DNA from: an uncultured Acidobacteriota bacterium
GTDB lineage: Bacteria; Acidobacteriota; UBA6911
Direction of reading: 5' to 3'
Assembly: GCA_963809485.1 (NCBI GenBank)
Contig: CAWEJX010000020.1
Location: 352,001 to 416,000, forward strand
DNA length: 64,000 bases
Part shown: in pieces, positions 18,640 to 27,716 of the stretch
Position numbering within the stretch: position 1 is the stretch's first letter
Layout of the letters: each line of letters opens with the position of its first letter
Program-made: the position numbers and the translations under genes
The notes under the pieces: model-generated
The model's database searches: none
Seen by the model: the letters and a program-made list of their open reading frames with translations, nothing else
Told to the model about the DNA's origin: nothing

Positions 18640-20278
18640 TCACATGATTTGCCCGGAAGGCAGCGAGCAGTCCTCGTCCCTGCGTTCGCCCGCCGAATCG
18701 TCAGCCGGATTCGAAGCCAGGCATTCCAGGATATCTTCCAGTGCGGATTCCTCGCGGAACACGTGGCCCACCGCCTCCTTGGTAAAGCCGGTGGGATCCG
18801 ACATATCCAGCTCCGCGTAGCGCGACCAGTTCCCCTTCCGGCGCGTCTTAATTCGAATGGAATCCCAATCCAGCGAATCCAGGGATTCCGGCAAAACGCG
18901 CCGGAGGATCATGGCTCTAGTCCAGGCCCGTGTGTCTTCGGGGGGATTGTGAACAAACCAGTCGATCCGCGATTCATCCACGATCCTCTCCATAAAGCCG
19001 TTTTGCGCATAGGCCCAGAACAGTCCCTCGGATGGATCCAGGCTGGAATAAATATGATCCAGGTGCTTGATCTGAGGCGATCTCCAGTTAAGACGGGGCT
19101 GGCTCTCCAGGACTCTCTTGAGAATCGTCATCTTCAGCACCCAATCCAGCCGCCGGGCCAGCGCGGGAAAATCCCGGGCGCGGAGCTTATCCAGCGTATC
19201 CGCCCATAGCGTCAAAATCTCTCCCGCTCTTGGGACCCACCGGGAACAGTCCGTGGAATCCATGAAGCGCTTGGCTTCGTCCAGAAACAGGAACTGGAGC
19301 TCCACCGCCGTCAGGCGCTGCCCGGACGCCATTTGTGCCTTTGCGCGAAGGGAGGGATCGTGGCTCCATGAGACAACGGCTTCCAAGGGATCGTCCAGAA
19401 GAAGGTTCGGGTTCATCCGGCCGTGCTCGAGCATGCACAGGATGATCTGAGTCACTCCCACCCGGAGAAGGTTTGCCGTCATAAGCGTGGTGTTGTCGAA
19501 AAATATGACATGAAGCCGTGCCATCCGTTCCGCAACGGTCTCCGCCGGAGTCCCGTTTGCGGGCGGATCCGCATAAAGCCTGATCCCGTCCGTTTACCAA
19601 AGGGCGATTGAAGGTTGTCTGAACGCCCGTGAGCTGCTCAAAAAAATCGGCCCGCTGAGATATCTGAAAGTCGGAATGCGGCATTCCATTCTCGCTGCCT
19701 GCTTTCCCAAGGCCGGTGAAGATGATGCTCGAAACCTGGTAGGCAGCCAGATACAGCATGTAGTGGAGCTTGCGGTTGAAGATATTCTCCCACGTCTCCC
19801 TCGTTATCAGGAAATTCAGGTGGCTTCCATAGGAGTGGCCGAGCCCGTCACTGTTGTTGACCAGAGCCTGGATCCTGACGTTGCGGCCGAGCCTGGCGTT
19901 TGCGGACAGAAGCGCGCCCTGCGCGATTCGCAGCATTGCATTCCAGCAGGCGACGTGATCGAAGGCGCTGATGACCTCGGGAGTGCAGAGCTCCAGATGG
20001 TTCAGATCGATATAAGCGCAACCCCCGTTGCCCTGCAGATATTTCCGTCCCCAGTCCTGGGACAGATGGCCGGATCCGCTCTGTTCCTCCGAACTGCGGC
20101 AGTGAGAGCTCCAGCACCCATCCTCGTCCGTTCTCCCGAAGGTTGAAGGGGAAATCCCCTGGATTTCCCTCAGAAGCATGCGCGATGCGATGTCACAGGT
20201 GCCGCCCCATTTGTCAACGCCAAGGACAAAATTTCCCAATTCAATATCCGTTCCGCAAAGCTTGGGTAAGGGATCCAT
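18640..20278 (-). CDS. dop: Pup deamidase/depupylase Dop-like (frameshift between about 19525 and 19580)
   Basis: The 5' frame gives GTDIELG, NGGCAYIDLNHLE, NNSDGLGHSYGSHLNFL, FQISQRADFF and TTFNRPLVNGRD. The 3' frame continues RLHVIFFD, LDWVLK, PPEDTRAW and DWDSI. The two halves lie in different frames. Confidence 0.82.
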
Positions 20279-20355
20279 CTTTTTCACCTCTTTCTGCCCA
20301 TCAGGCATACGGCTGTGTTCTTTGCCTCCCTGTATCCACGATTGATCCACAAAGA

Positions 20356-22047
20356 TCAGGCGGCGTTTATATATCGGTGGGACCGGGGGACCTTTTTCCT
20401 GACCGGTTCGACGCGGACCGCGTCAATATCCTGCGGCAGATCCTGCAGGTGGTTTCGGCAGTTTGCCGGCGTGAGCGTTTTGGCCATGGCCTCAAATTCG
20501 TCCGCAATCGCATGAAGGATGTCTTCCAGTCGCAATCCCGGAGACCCCGCCTCTATGTCGCGCAGGCACGCCCGCTCGAGCGCCACGCGGGAAATGTTTG
20601 CAATGCTGGCGCCATTCATCAGGTCGCCGGCTTTGACTTTGCGCTGTTTCCCGTCACGGAAAGTTATCTGGGCAAGCTCGCTGTCGCCGTTGGGCGCATA
20701 GATCCGCGAGACCGCCGAGTCGATAATGAACTGTCTCGCTTCCCCCGCGCCGCAACCGTTCTCGGCGTATGGAACATCCTCGGGAAGATGTTTCGCGAAT
20801 ATCTCGGAGGCAGCTTTCATATTGGGTCTGGGAACCTCGATGATGACATCGCCCAGGCGGCCGGGACGCAACAGGCCGGGATCGAGAACGTCCCGGCGAT
20901 TGGTGCTGGCGATCACCAGGATGTTGCCCCGGGATTCCAGCCCGTCCAGTTCGGCCATGAATGCAGTCAGCACCTTGTCGTCAACCCGCGTCAGGGAGTT
21001 CCCGCGCGCGGTCCCGATCGAATCAATTTCATCGTAGAAGGCCACCACGGGAGTTTCGGGTTCCGCGTCGCCCGCCTCGCGCAGGGCCCGGAAATTTTCG
21101 CGCAGGATTCTCTCGGACTCGCCCCACCACATGCTGCAGAACTCCAGGGGCTTGAAGTGCGCGAAGCGCGATCTGCCGGACTTCGACAGTCCCGCCATCC
21201 AGTTTGCCATGGCGCGCGCAAGCATGGTTTTGCCCGTGCCGGGAGGCCCGGTGAGCAGCACCGAACGCGCGCGCGGGAGCCTGTATTTGCCCGCGGTCTC
21301 GGCATTGAAGAACTGGATACGGATGGGCCGCTGCATCTGCTCGATCTGCCGGTCCAGGCCCCCAATGTGTTCAAAGGTCTCATCCGGAGTACGTTCCAGG
21401 AAAAGCGCGTCGGCCGTCATGCGGTCGATCTTTTCCAGAGCCATGCAGGCGCTCCGCTCCCATCGGATCTGATCTCCGCTTTTCAGACCCTGGTCCTTCA
21501 GCGCACCTCCGACATCCACAACAATTTCCTCGTCGCGCTCTTTCAGCACGATCCGGCCATCCGGCGTGTGGCGATCGTAGATTGCGGTGTGACCGCAGCG
21601 AAGCATGCCGAAAGGCGAACGGTCCACGATGAAATTCATTTCGTTGGAGAGCAGGACCTCGTCGCCGGGCTGCAGAGAGTGCACATCCAGCTCGTCCGAG
21701 CAGGCGACAATCCTTCTTGAATTGCCACACATCACCATTGCCGACATGCCGTGCCCGGCCTCTTTGACTTCCAGGAATATCGCTGGGTAAAAAGGCGGGC
21801 TGGTCAGGCGCCGGTGTATGGCTTTCAATTCATTTTGCGCGGTCACGGCGTCCTGAAGGTTGGACCGGAGCATGCAGATCCTGTCGACCAGTTGGCGGTC
21901 AAGATGGCGCGACGTGTCGACGGAGCGGCCGCGAATCAGTTCAAGCATCTGGACCTTTTGATCCGTCGTCGGGCTGCCTTCGCCAAAAGCAGTCAGCTGA
22001 TCGAACAGACCGGCGAATTCGGATGTTTCTCTCGGGGGTCTTGGCAT
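20356..22047 (-). CDS. arc: ARC/Mpa-type proteasome-associated AAA+ ATPase
   Basis: N-terminal coiled coil and OB region (LTSPP, LQPGDEVLL), FEHIGGLDRQIEQ, Walker A GPPGTGKT, Walker B FYDEID, LRPGRL, GASIANI; lies directly upstream of dop. Confidence 0.9.
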   Translation of the reverse strand: MPRPPRETSEFAGLFDQLTAFGEGSPTTDQKVQMLELIRGRSVDTSRHLDRQLVDRICMLRSNLQDAVTAQNELKAIHRRLTSPPFYPAIFLEVKEAGHGMSAMVMCGNSRRIVACSDELDVHSLQPGDEVLLSNEMNFIVDRSPFGMLRCGHTAIYDRHTPDGRIVLKERDEEIVVDVGGALKDQGLKSGDQIRWERSACMALEKIDRMTADALFLERTPDETFEHIGGLDRQIEQMQRPIRIQFFNAETAGKYRLPRARSVLLTGPPGTGKTMLARAMANWMAGLSKSGRSRFAHFKPLEFCSMWWGESERILRENFRALREAGDAEPETPVVAFYDEIDSIGTARGNSLTRVDDKVLTAFMAELDGLESRGNILVIASTNRRDVLDPGLLRPGRLGDVIIEVPRPNMKAASEIFAKHLPEDVPYAENGCGAGEARQFIIDSAVSRIYAPNGDSELAQITFRDGKQRKVKAGDLMNGASIANISRVALERACLRDIEAGSPGLRLEDILHAIADEFEAMAKTLTPANCRNHLQDLPQDIDAVRVEPVRKKVPRSHRYINAA

Positions 22048-22050
22048 TTG

Positions 22051-23211
22051 TCATTCCTCCTGTGGATGCAAATTCATGGTGCCGGCAGTCAGGCTGCCCG
22101 GCCGTACCGAAACCGTGTCACCGGATCCTTTCAGATCATCGCAACAGATAGCGTCTGCCGCTCCCGGAAATTCATTGAGTCCCTGAGGCGCAGAATCCAG
22201 GACGTAAAAACCTCGCGCTTCGAGCATCCCCTTGTTCCAGCCAAAAACAGCTATTCTTGGATCGCCGTAGGCGACATCGCTCACAACCATGGCAATACAC
22301 CATGCCCGCGAAAAAACAGCCCGATGCAGGGCCTGGTCCTGTTCACTGAGAAAGCCTCGCGTCAACTGGCACACTTTTTGCTTCTCGGGCGGGCATTCCC
22401 TGCAGTTCCAGTGCTTTACGGGATGACTGTGCCACCACCCCAGAAGCATTTCTTCCCTGCGGCGCAACCGCAGGGCGCTCCGGACGGCTGTCCAGGATTC
22501 GGATGTGAACCTGAGCTTCGACTGTTCCCCGACCGTGCCCGTAGCCGGCACCTGAGCCGTGACCTCCGCGAAAACATCCGCCGAGGCCGAGTCGTGGTGC
22601 AGATGCCCGATTAAAAAGCCCCCCGTTTCGATCTCTTGAGCCTGTTGTGTGATCAGGGAAACTTCAGTCAGGACGCGGCCGGGAATAAAAATGGGGAGGA
22701 GTTCGGTATCGGCGCAGTCCCGGGCGGCTGCGAAGCGCATAAATTGAGTGAAAACGCTTTCCCGAACGGGAATATCCGGATCAATATCCCGGATCTCCAA
22801 ACCGCCGCCGCTTCCCTCCCCTGTCCTGGCTTCTTCAGGATAGGCCGTAACAAGGTAAAAGAAGCGATCGTTCAGACGCATCTTCCCGGCCTCCACGAGG
22901 AGGGCTGCGGCCCGGGTGGCCAGTCCCTTAAAATATGTCGCCGCAAAATCGCAGAAGAAACCCTCCGTCTCATCCGGATCCAGCTGAATCCTAAATCCCT
23001 GCAGATAGGGCCGGGACAACCTGAGGTGCCATAAAGGCATTACCGAGGCAGGCCTATCGTAGTCGCCGAAGTTGAGACGCCTGCTCCGGACGCTGGACAG
23101 GCGGGTCCATTCGAGGGCGGGAGCAAAATCCACATCCACTGCGGCCTGACCGAGCGGCGAGCCCGTTTCGGAGTGGATTTCAATAATGTATCGATGCAGG
23201 TCTTCGGGCAT
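22051..23211 (-). CDS. JAB/MPN+ (JAMM) metallopeptidase with N-terminal extension
   Basis: ETGGFLIG ... LLGWWHSHP ... FLSEQD is an intact JAMM motif with a CxxC-x7-C insertion. The start could be 23211 or 23241. Confidence 0.88.
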   Translation of the reverse strand: MPEDLHRYIIEIHSETGSPLGQAAVDVDFAPALEWTRLSSVRSRRLNFGDYDRPASVMPLWHLRLSRPYLQGFRIQLDPDETEGFFCDFAATYFKGLATRAAALLVEAGKMRLNDRFFYLVTAYPEEARTGEGSGGGLEIRDIDPDIPVRESVFTQFMRFAAARDCADTELLPIFIPGRVLTEVSLITQQAQEIETGGFLIGHLHHDSASADVFAEVTAQVPATGTVGEQSKLRFTSESWTAVRSALRLRRREEMLLGWWHSHPVKHWNCRECPPEKQKVCQLTRGFLSEQDQALHRAVFSRAWCIAMVVSDVAYGDPRIAVFGWNKGMLEARGFYVLDSAPQGLNEFPGAADAICCDDLKGSGDTVSVRPGSLTAGTMNLHPQEE

Positions 23212-23332
23212 GGGACGCACCTTTCCCGGTTCTTCGATCAAGGTGAAAGATGAAGCGAACCTTTTTCAGATCTTCGAGCCTCAGGATCCGATGACCGACG
23301 CCGAGGCCCGAAGATTTGACGCTGCAAATGAT

Positions 23333-23617
23333 TTAGCCCGCATCGATGTTCGGCTGCAGCACCACGCGGTCGCCGGTTTTCACGGCATCCCCAACCTTTT
23401 CCCAACTCTGGAGGTGACGCCCCTCCCGCTCGAGTACAGCCTGATAGGCAACGGGCCGCCCCTCAGAATCGTTCTGCGGCAAGTTCATTGCCGCCAGAAG
23501 CGAGTCCGTCAGTTCCCTCACGGTGATCTCGACCCCTATATTGCTTACTCGACGCATCTTCTGCTGTGAAACATCCATAGCATCGATCGTCAAACCCACT
23601 GCTCCTGCACTTCCCAT
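23333..23617 (-). CDS. Ubiquitin-like (beta-grasp, YukD/EsaB-like) protein ending in -AG
   Basis: 94 aa with a beta-grasp pattern (ITVREL...MNLP...YQAVLEREGRHL...VGDAVKTGDRVVLQP) and a C-terminal Gly; AAGGAG RBS; lies among E1, E2 and JAB genes. Confidence 0.8.
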   Translation of the reverse strand: MGSAGAVGLTIDAMDVSQQKMRRVSNIGVEITVRELTDSLLAAMNLPQNDSEGRPVAYQAVLEREGRHLQSWEKVGDAVKTGDRVVLQPNIDAG

Positions 23618-23653
23618 GGCTATCTCCTTTTTTGATTGTTTATGGATTCACTT

Positions 23654-24547
23654 CTATGGAACACATGCATGGCCGTTTGCCATCCGATAAATTTCCGCAA
23701 CCTGTTTGTTCTCAAAACACTGCGCTTCCCGGCCGAAAAGGTTCGCGGAAACCGACAATGCCGCTAAAGCGTGGTCAAGCTCAGAGGGGCTCGGCGCCGC
23801 AAACCGGACTTCAAACCGGACGACAGCGGTTGACTCCGTCTCCACAACCGAGGCACGGACCATCCGGACGGCTCCGCATACCGCCAGCAGGAAGCTTCCC
23901 AGGGCCGCACGCTGCGCATCGGACAGGGATTCGAACCGGGCTGCCTCCAGGCGCGAAACGACCTCGCCGTCCTGGTTCTCCATCAGCGCCTGGGCGAAGC
24001 TGCCCTGGACTTCCAGATCCACCGCGAATCTCGACGGCGACCGCTCAACAAAAGGCCAGCTCATCCCCTTGAGCTGTTCTGCAAGATTCAGGGCATCCTC
24101 GGACCCCGGATGCGTTTTCCCGGGCATCCGCACCCCCGCCGGGTCTGCGGATTGCGGGAAACCTCGAAGCCCTTCCCAGGCTGCCCCGAGGCCTTCCAGT
24201 GTTTCGGCAATTCGCCGCGGAAGCTTGGCATAACTGTCCTCGGGGTCCAGGGGCAAGTCTGCGCGAAGCTGCCGGGCACCGGGACCGGGGCTCTGTACAA
24301 ACTTGCAGAGGCCTGCCAGGTCCGCGTTGCGGCTTAAAAGGCTCCACTCATCTGCAGGGAGGATTGTGTCAGCCAGGGGCAGGCCCAGTACGAGCCAATC
24401 ATCCTCGACAGCGGCAAAGGCCCCGGCCCGTCCCCTGCTTTTAATGTTAAGGTCCCATCGGCCGCAGCCCGACTGCCTGGCGCCGGATGCCGATTGAGCC
24501 AACCATCCTGAAATCATTTTGTCTCGTTCAACAATCGGGATTGTCAT
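23654..24547 (-). CDS. Hypothetical protein, possibly two tandem YbjN/CesT-like chaperone-fold domains
   Basis: Two ~130-aa alpha/beta units (e.g. DDWLVLGLPL...LLSRNADL...LRADLPL); 4-nt overlap with the E2 stop. The fold assignment is inference. Confidence 0.55.
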   Translation of the reverse strand: MTIPIVERDKMISGWLAQSASGARQSGCGRWDLNIKSRGRAGAFAAVEDDWLVLGLPLADTILPADEWSLLSRNADLAGLCKFVQSPGPGARQLRADLPLDPEDSYAKLPRRIAETLEGLGAAWEGLRGFPQSADPAGVRMPGKTHPGSEDALNLAEQLKGMSWPFVERSPSRFAVDLEVQGSFAQALMENQDGEVVSRLEAARFESLSDAQRAALGSFLLAVCGAVRMVRASVVETESTAVVRFEVRFAAPSPSELDHALAALSVSANLFGREAQCFENKQVAEIYRMANGHACVP

Positions 24548-25059
24548 GTCTCATCCACCTTATCGATGACCTCGAATTCCAGATCGAGGGCCCTTCGCTT
24601 CAAAGGGCGGTTGTCTATGGGAAACCGGTGCCGGTTTTCTCTGGCCCAGGCGCTGGCCTGCAGGTTTAGCGAATCGTGCATGGCAACGGTCTGATAGGCC
24701 ACGATCCTGAATACGCGGAAGATGATATCGACCAGCGGAGTGGCGGGAACGAGACGCCCGATGCATATCAACGGAGCCATGATATTGGGGTGATAGACAT
24801 TGGACGGTTGAAGCCATGTCACCACCTCAAACGGATTTGCCCGCCGCAGATAGTCGCTGGGGAACCATATGCCGACCCTGAACAAGTCAGCCGTCGTCAC
24901 CCCTTCCCCGGCCTTGTAGATGAGCCCCTTGCAGTGCAGGTCCACAGCGAAAGCCTGAGGAGCAACGGGATGGATTTCCATAAGACCGCTTGCCCGCGCC
25001 AGGGCTTTCCCCTCTTCAGCCTGGCGCATCAGGAATGCCGCATATATTTTGTCGTTCAT
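24544..25059 (-). CDS. E2 (UBC-fold) ubiquitin-conjugating enzyme-like protein
   Basis: FPSDY, YHPNI-x5-C(IG) catalytic signature and SLNLQAS (cf. PLNxEAA of E2s). Confidence 0.82.
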   Translation of the reverse strand: MNDKIYAAFLMRQAEEGKALARASGLMEIHPVAPQAFAVDLHCKGLIYKAGEGVTTADLFRVGIWFPSDYLRRANPFEVVTWLQPSNVYHPNIMAPLICIGRLVPATPLVDIIFRVFRIVAYQTVAMHDSLNLQASAWARENRHRFPIDNRPLKRRALDLEFEVIDKVDET

Positions 25060-25149
25060 CTTCTACTCCGCCCCAAAAGAGTCGACGCCCCGTAGTGGAT
25101 CATATTTCTGCGTCGTTCCGGCGTCTCTGCCGTCGATAACATCCCGCGC

Positions 25150-26289
25150 TCATCTCAAATCCATCTCCCCACAAGATTTATTTTTCACAATATTTTTTGG
25201 ATCACCGGCGGTCACTGTAATTTCAAAGTGGCGCTCGCATTCAGGGCTGCCGATGGTGAACACTTCGCCGTTGCGCAGGCCGAGACTCGCAAGAGACTGG
25301 GAGAGAACCCGCCTGGGCAAATGAGTCATGAGTTTCTCCGTCAGGTCCCAGCCGCTGGCCAGCATGGTTCCCCCGCAAATCGGGCACTGCTTTGCTTTCC
25401 GGGTCAGGGATTCCCGAAGCCTCAAACCATGTTTTGCGTGGCCGCAGTTCGTGCAGGTCCGTCTTTTCACAAAAGACTTCCCTTCAACTCGCAGCCAGGA
25501 TTCGTCGCGCTGCTGCCCCGAACCGATCCGTCCCAGGGCATCCTGCAGCGTAATTTCTTCCGGCCCGCACTCCAGCTTTTCGATCTCCCAGATCCCGTGA
25601 TCGAACCGGCAGCGGGGATTGCGGCGATAGGATGTTTGATAGCATTTGTGGTGCATGCCGTCGATCAGGACCTGACGCCCGAAGGGGACAAGGTCCCAAT
25701 GACCATCGATGCAATTTTGCGCGGCGATTATCTGCAGGCCGGCCGCGAGCGCGCCCAGTCCCGAAGGGGCATTGGTAGGCTTTGGCGATCCCCCTCCCGC
25801 ATCACAGGGGTAGACGGTCTCCAGCGCGAGGTAGTCCGGATCCGACCAGGCGCATTCGTAGCACGGACGGTCTTCACCCGGGAGATAGGCATTGATCCGC
25901 GCAAGCCGTCCCTCCGGATCGACCCCGGCGTCGATCCACGGGACTTTGCCCAGGCGCCAGACAGCCTGCCCCAGCCGCATTCTTGCCAGTTTGGTATCCA
26001 GCCCGCTCATCATCAGGTCGCACCACAGAAATCCAAGGGGAAGGTTCTCGACAAGGTCTACGACCGCCTTAACAGTCAGGTCCGGCCTGATGCGGCGGAG
26101 CCTCTCTGCCTGGACACGGCTTTTCGGCTTGCCGATGTCCGCGGCATTGATATCCTGGCTCGCAAGGTTCTTCCTCTCATAGGACTGCCCGTCTACCAGG
26201 GTTACCTTATGGATTCCGGGAAGCCTGGCAAGATGAGGGATCAGGTGAGACCCGATGTTGCCGCATCCCACAACCATCACATGAGACAT
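25150..26289 (-). CDS. E1-like (ThiF/MoeB family) activating enzyme with C-terminal Zn-ribbon and possible ubiquitin-fold domain
   Basis: VVGCGNIG, NLASQ, GKPK, PCYEC, candidate catalytic Cys in YPC, RNPRC, then CTNC...CPIC and SLASLGL...GEVF. The start at MSHVMV is 1 nt from the upstream stop. Confidence 0.9.
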   Translation of the reverse strand: MSHVMVVGCGNIGSHLIPHLARLPGIHKVTLVDGQSYERKNLASQDINAADIGKPKSRVQAERLRRIRPDLTVKAVVDLVENLPLGFLWCDLMMSGLDTKLARMRLGQAVWRLGKVPWIDAGVDPEGRLARINAYLPGEDRPCYECAWSDPDYLALETVYPCDAGGGSPKPTNAPSGLGALAAGLQIIAAQNCIDGHWDLVPFGRQVLIDGMHHKCYQTSYRRNPRCRFDHGIWEIEKLECGPEEITLQDALGRIGSGQQRDESWLRVEGKSFVKRRTCTNCGHAKHGLRLRESLTRKAKQCPICGGTMLASGWDLTEKLMTHLPRRVLSQSLASLGLRNGEVFTIGSPECERHFEITVTAGDPKNIVKNKSCGEMDLR

Positions 26290-26290
26290 C

Positions 26291-26818
26291 TCATATCTCC
26301 TCGGGCGCCCAGCGGTAGCCCGCATCCATGTCTGTGACCTGCGGACACAACGCGCAAGTTTCCGCATAGGTCCAGCATGGGAAATCCTCCGACTGGTGAT
26401 ACCCCACGCCGCAGGCGGGGCACTTCACCGACGGATGTCCGGGGTTCATCGCCTGTTTGCATCGTGGACAGTATGAATCCGTGGAGGACCCCGCGAAGGA
26501 TTCCAGGACCGCCAGGCTCTCGGTTGAGTAGTAAAAAAGCCCGGCGCCGGCGACCCGTATCTCATCGCGATCGCGCAGCGACCTGATCCCGGGGGTCAGT
26601 CGGATGCCGTTGATCCGGACGTCGGCCTGGGCGCCTGCAATAAGAATCCACGACTCGCCGGATGGGCCGCCGGGGCGTACCAGCATGATTTCCTTTTCCC
26701 AGGCGGGACTCAGCCCGGACGGATGCGACAGCGCCTTCCGTCGCTGCAGGCTGAAGAGTGCGCAGTTCAGCGGAAGGACCGCCCACTGAGAATCTTCGCG
26801 AACCCAGATATGAGCCAT
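26291..26818 (-). CDS. FHA-like plus RING-type (C4HC3) zinc-finger protein, candidate E3
   Basis: VRINGIRL...LRDRDEIRV (FHA-like strands), then CPRC-x11-CPAC-x4-H-x6-CW-x5-CALC; GGAGG RBS; first gene of the operon. Confidence 0.72.
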   Translation of the reverse strand: MAHIWVREDSQWAVLPLNCALFSLQRRKALSHPSGLSPAWEKEIMLVRPGGPSGESWILIAGAQADVRINGIRLTPGIRSLRDRDEIRVAGAGLFYYSTESLAVLESFAGSSTDSYCPRCKQAMNPGHPSVKCPACGVGYHQSEDFPCWTYAETCALCPQVTDMDAGYRWAPEEI

Positions 26819-26980
26819 ATGAACCTCCCAGGCTATCTTCTGCGCGAAAGTATATGTCCGGGCGATACGGCCAATTCAGGGTCACAGGAATTTCAGCTGT
26901 GGCGGCTGGATGCAAACTAGAGGAAAATAAAGCGGCGATTCATGATAGCGTTCGGAGCGGCGCCAATATTTTTTTCGATG

Positions 26981-27005
26981 TCACTGTTGTTCACAGGCAA
27001 TCACA
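26981..27005. promoter_or_regulatory. 10-bp-periodic TCACA triple direct repeat (site C)
   Basis: TCACT-gttgt-TCACA-ggcaa-TCACA, about 163 nt upstream of the RING gene start and preceded by a T-tract. Confidence 0.55.
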
Positions 27006-27029
27006 GGCTTTTCCGTGTTTTCTGTATAA

Positions 27030-27265
27030 AATCCGACCTCGTGATGGGTACGCCGGTCCGTTACGGGCTGCGATTTGGTTTGAACTGCCCGGAGACGCCG
27101 GTAGGCCCCAACCCGCGCGCCTTCGCCTGGGGAGGGTGGGGCGGCTCGAACATGGTTGTTCACCTCGATGCCAGACTCAGCTGGGGTTACGCGATGAACA
27201 ATAGGTCCGCCTCTCTTTCGGACAATCGCGCCTTTGGAGGCGCAAAGGCGCTGTACGTCGGCTAA
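27030..27265 (+). pseudogene. C-terminal fragment of an EstA-like serine hydrolase
   Basis: DLVMGTPVRYGLRFG...PNPRAFAWGGWGGS...DARLSWGYAMN; no N-terminal part. Confidence 0.6.
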
Positions 27266-27314
27266 CATACGGTGGAATTGCCGCCGAATGCCCACAATCC
27301 CATGCCGGGATCCG

Positions 27315-27716
27315 CTAACCGCCAATAGGGGAACCCAGTTCAATGATCGAGCCCTCGATGGCTCTCACATAAGCGACAACCTGGCCCCACGGCTTCTGCT
27401 CCGGCTCTTTGACCGGGACGGCCCCGGCCGCTACCGCTATCTTATAGGCGGCTTCCACGTCCTCCGCAATAAACGACAGTTCCATTCCTAAAGGATTTTC
27501 CTGGGGATTCGCACTTATGTACCTGCCGCCGAGGTTAGCGTCGCCCAATTTATGCGAGGCAAAAGCCAGGATAGTTTCGCCCGTTGCCAGCTCTCCATAG
27601 TCTCCGGACTCGAGGATCAGTTTCACATCGAGGCCAAAGGCTCTTTTGTAGAATTCCAGTGTTTCCGCCACCGACGAGACATAAACAATCGTATATCCGT
27701 ATTTCATTTTTGCCAT
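27315..27716 (-). CDS. VOC/glyoxalase family protein
   Basis: YTIVYVSSV..TLEFYKRAFG, YGELATGET and EPEQKPWGQVVAYV. Confidence 0.88.
   Translation of the reverse strand: MAKMKYGYTIVYVSSVAETLEFYKRAFGLDVKLILESGDYGELATGETILAFASHKLGDANLGGRYISANPQENPLGMELSFIAEDVEAAYKIAVAAGAVPVKEPEQKPWGQVVAYVRAIEGSIIELGSPIGG

Noticed and set aside
26981-27005. CRP site interpretation of the TCACA motifs
   Set aside because: CRP needs an inverted TGTGA-N6-TCACA; these are direct repeats with 5-nt spacers.
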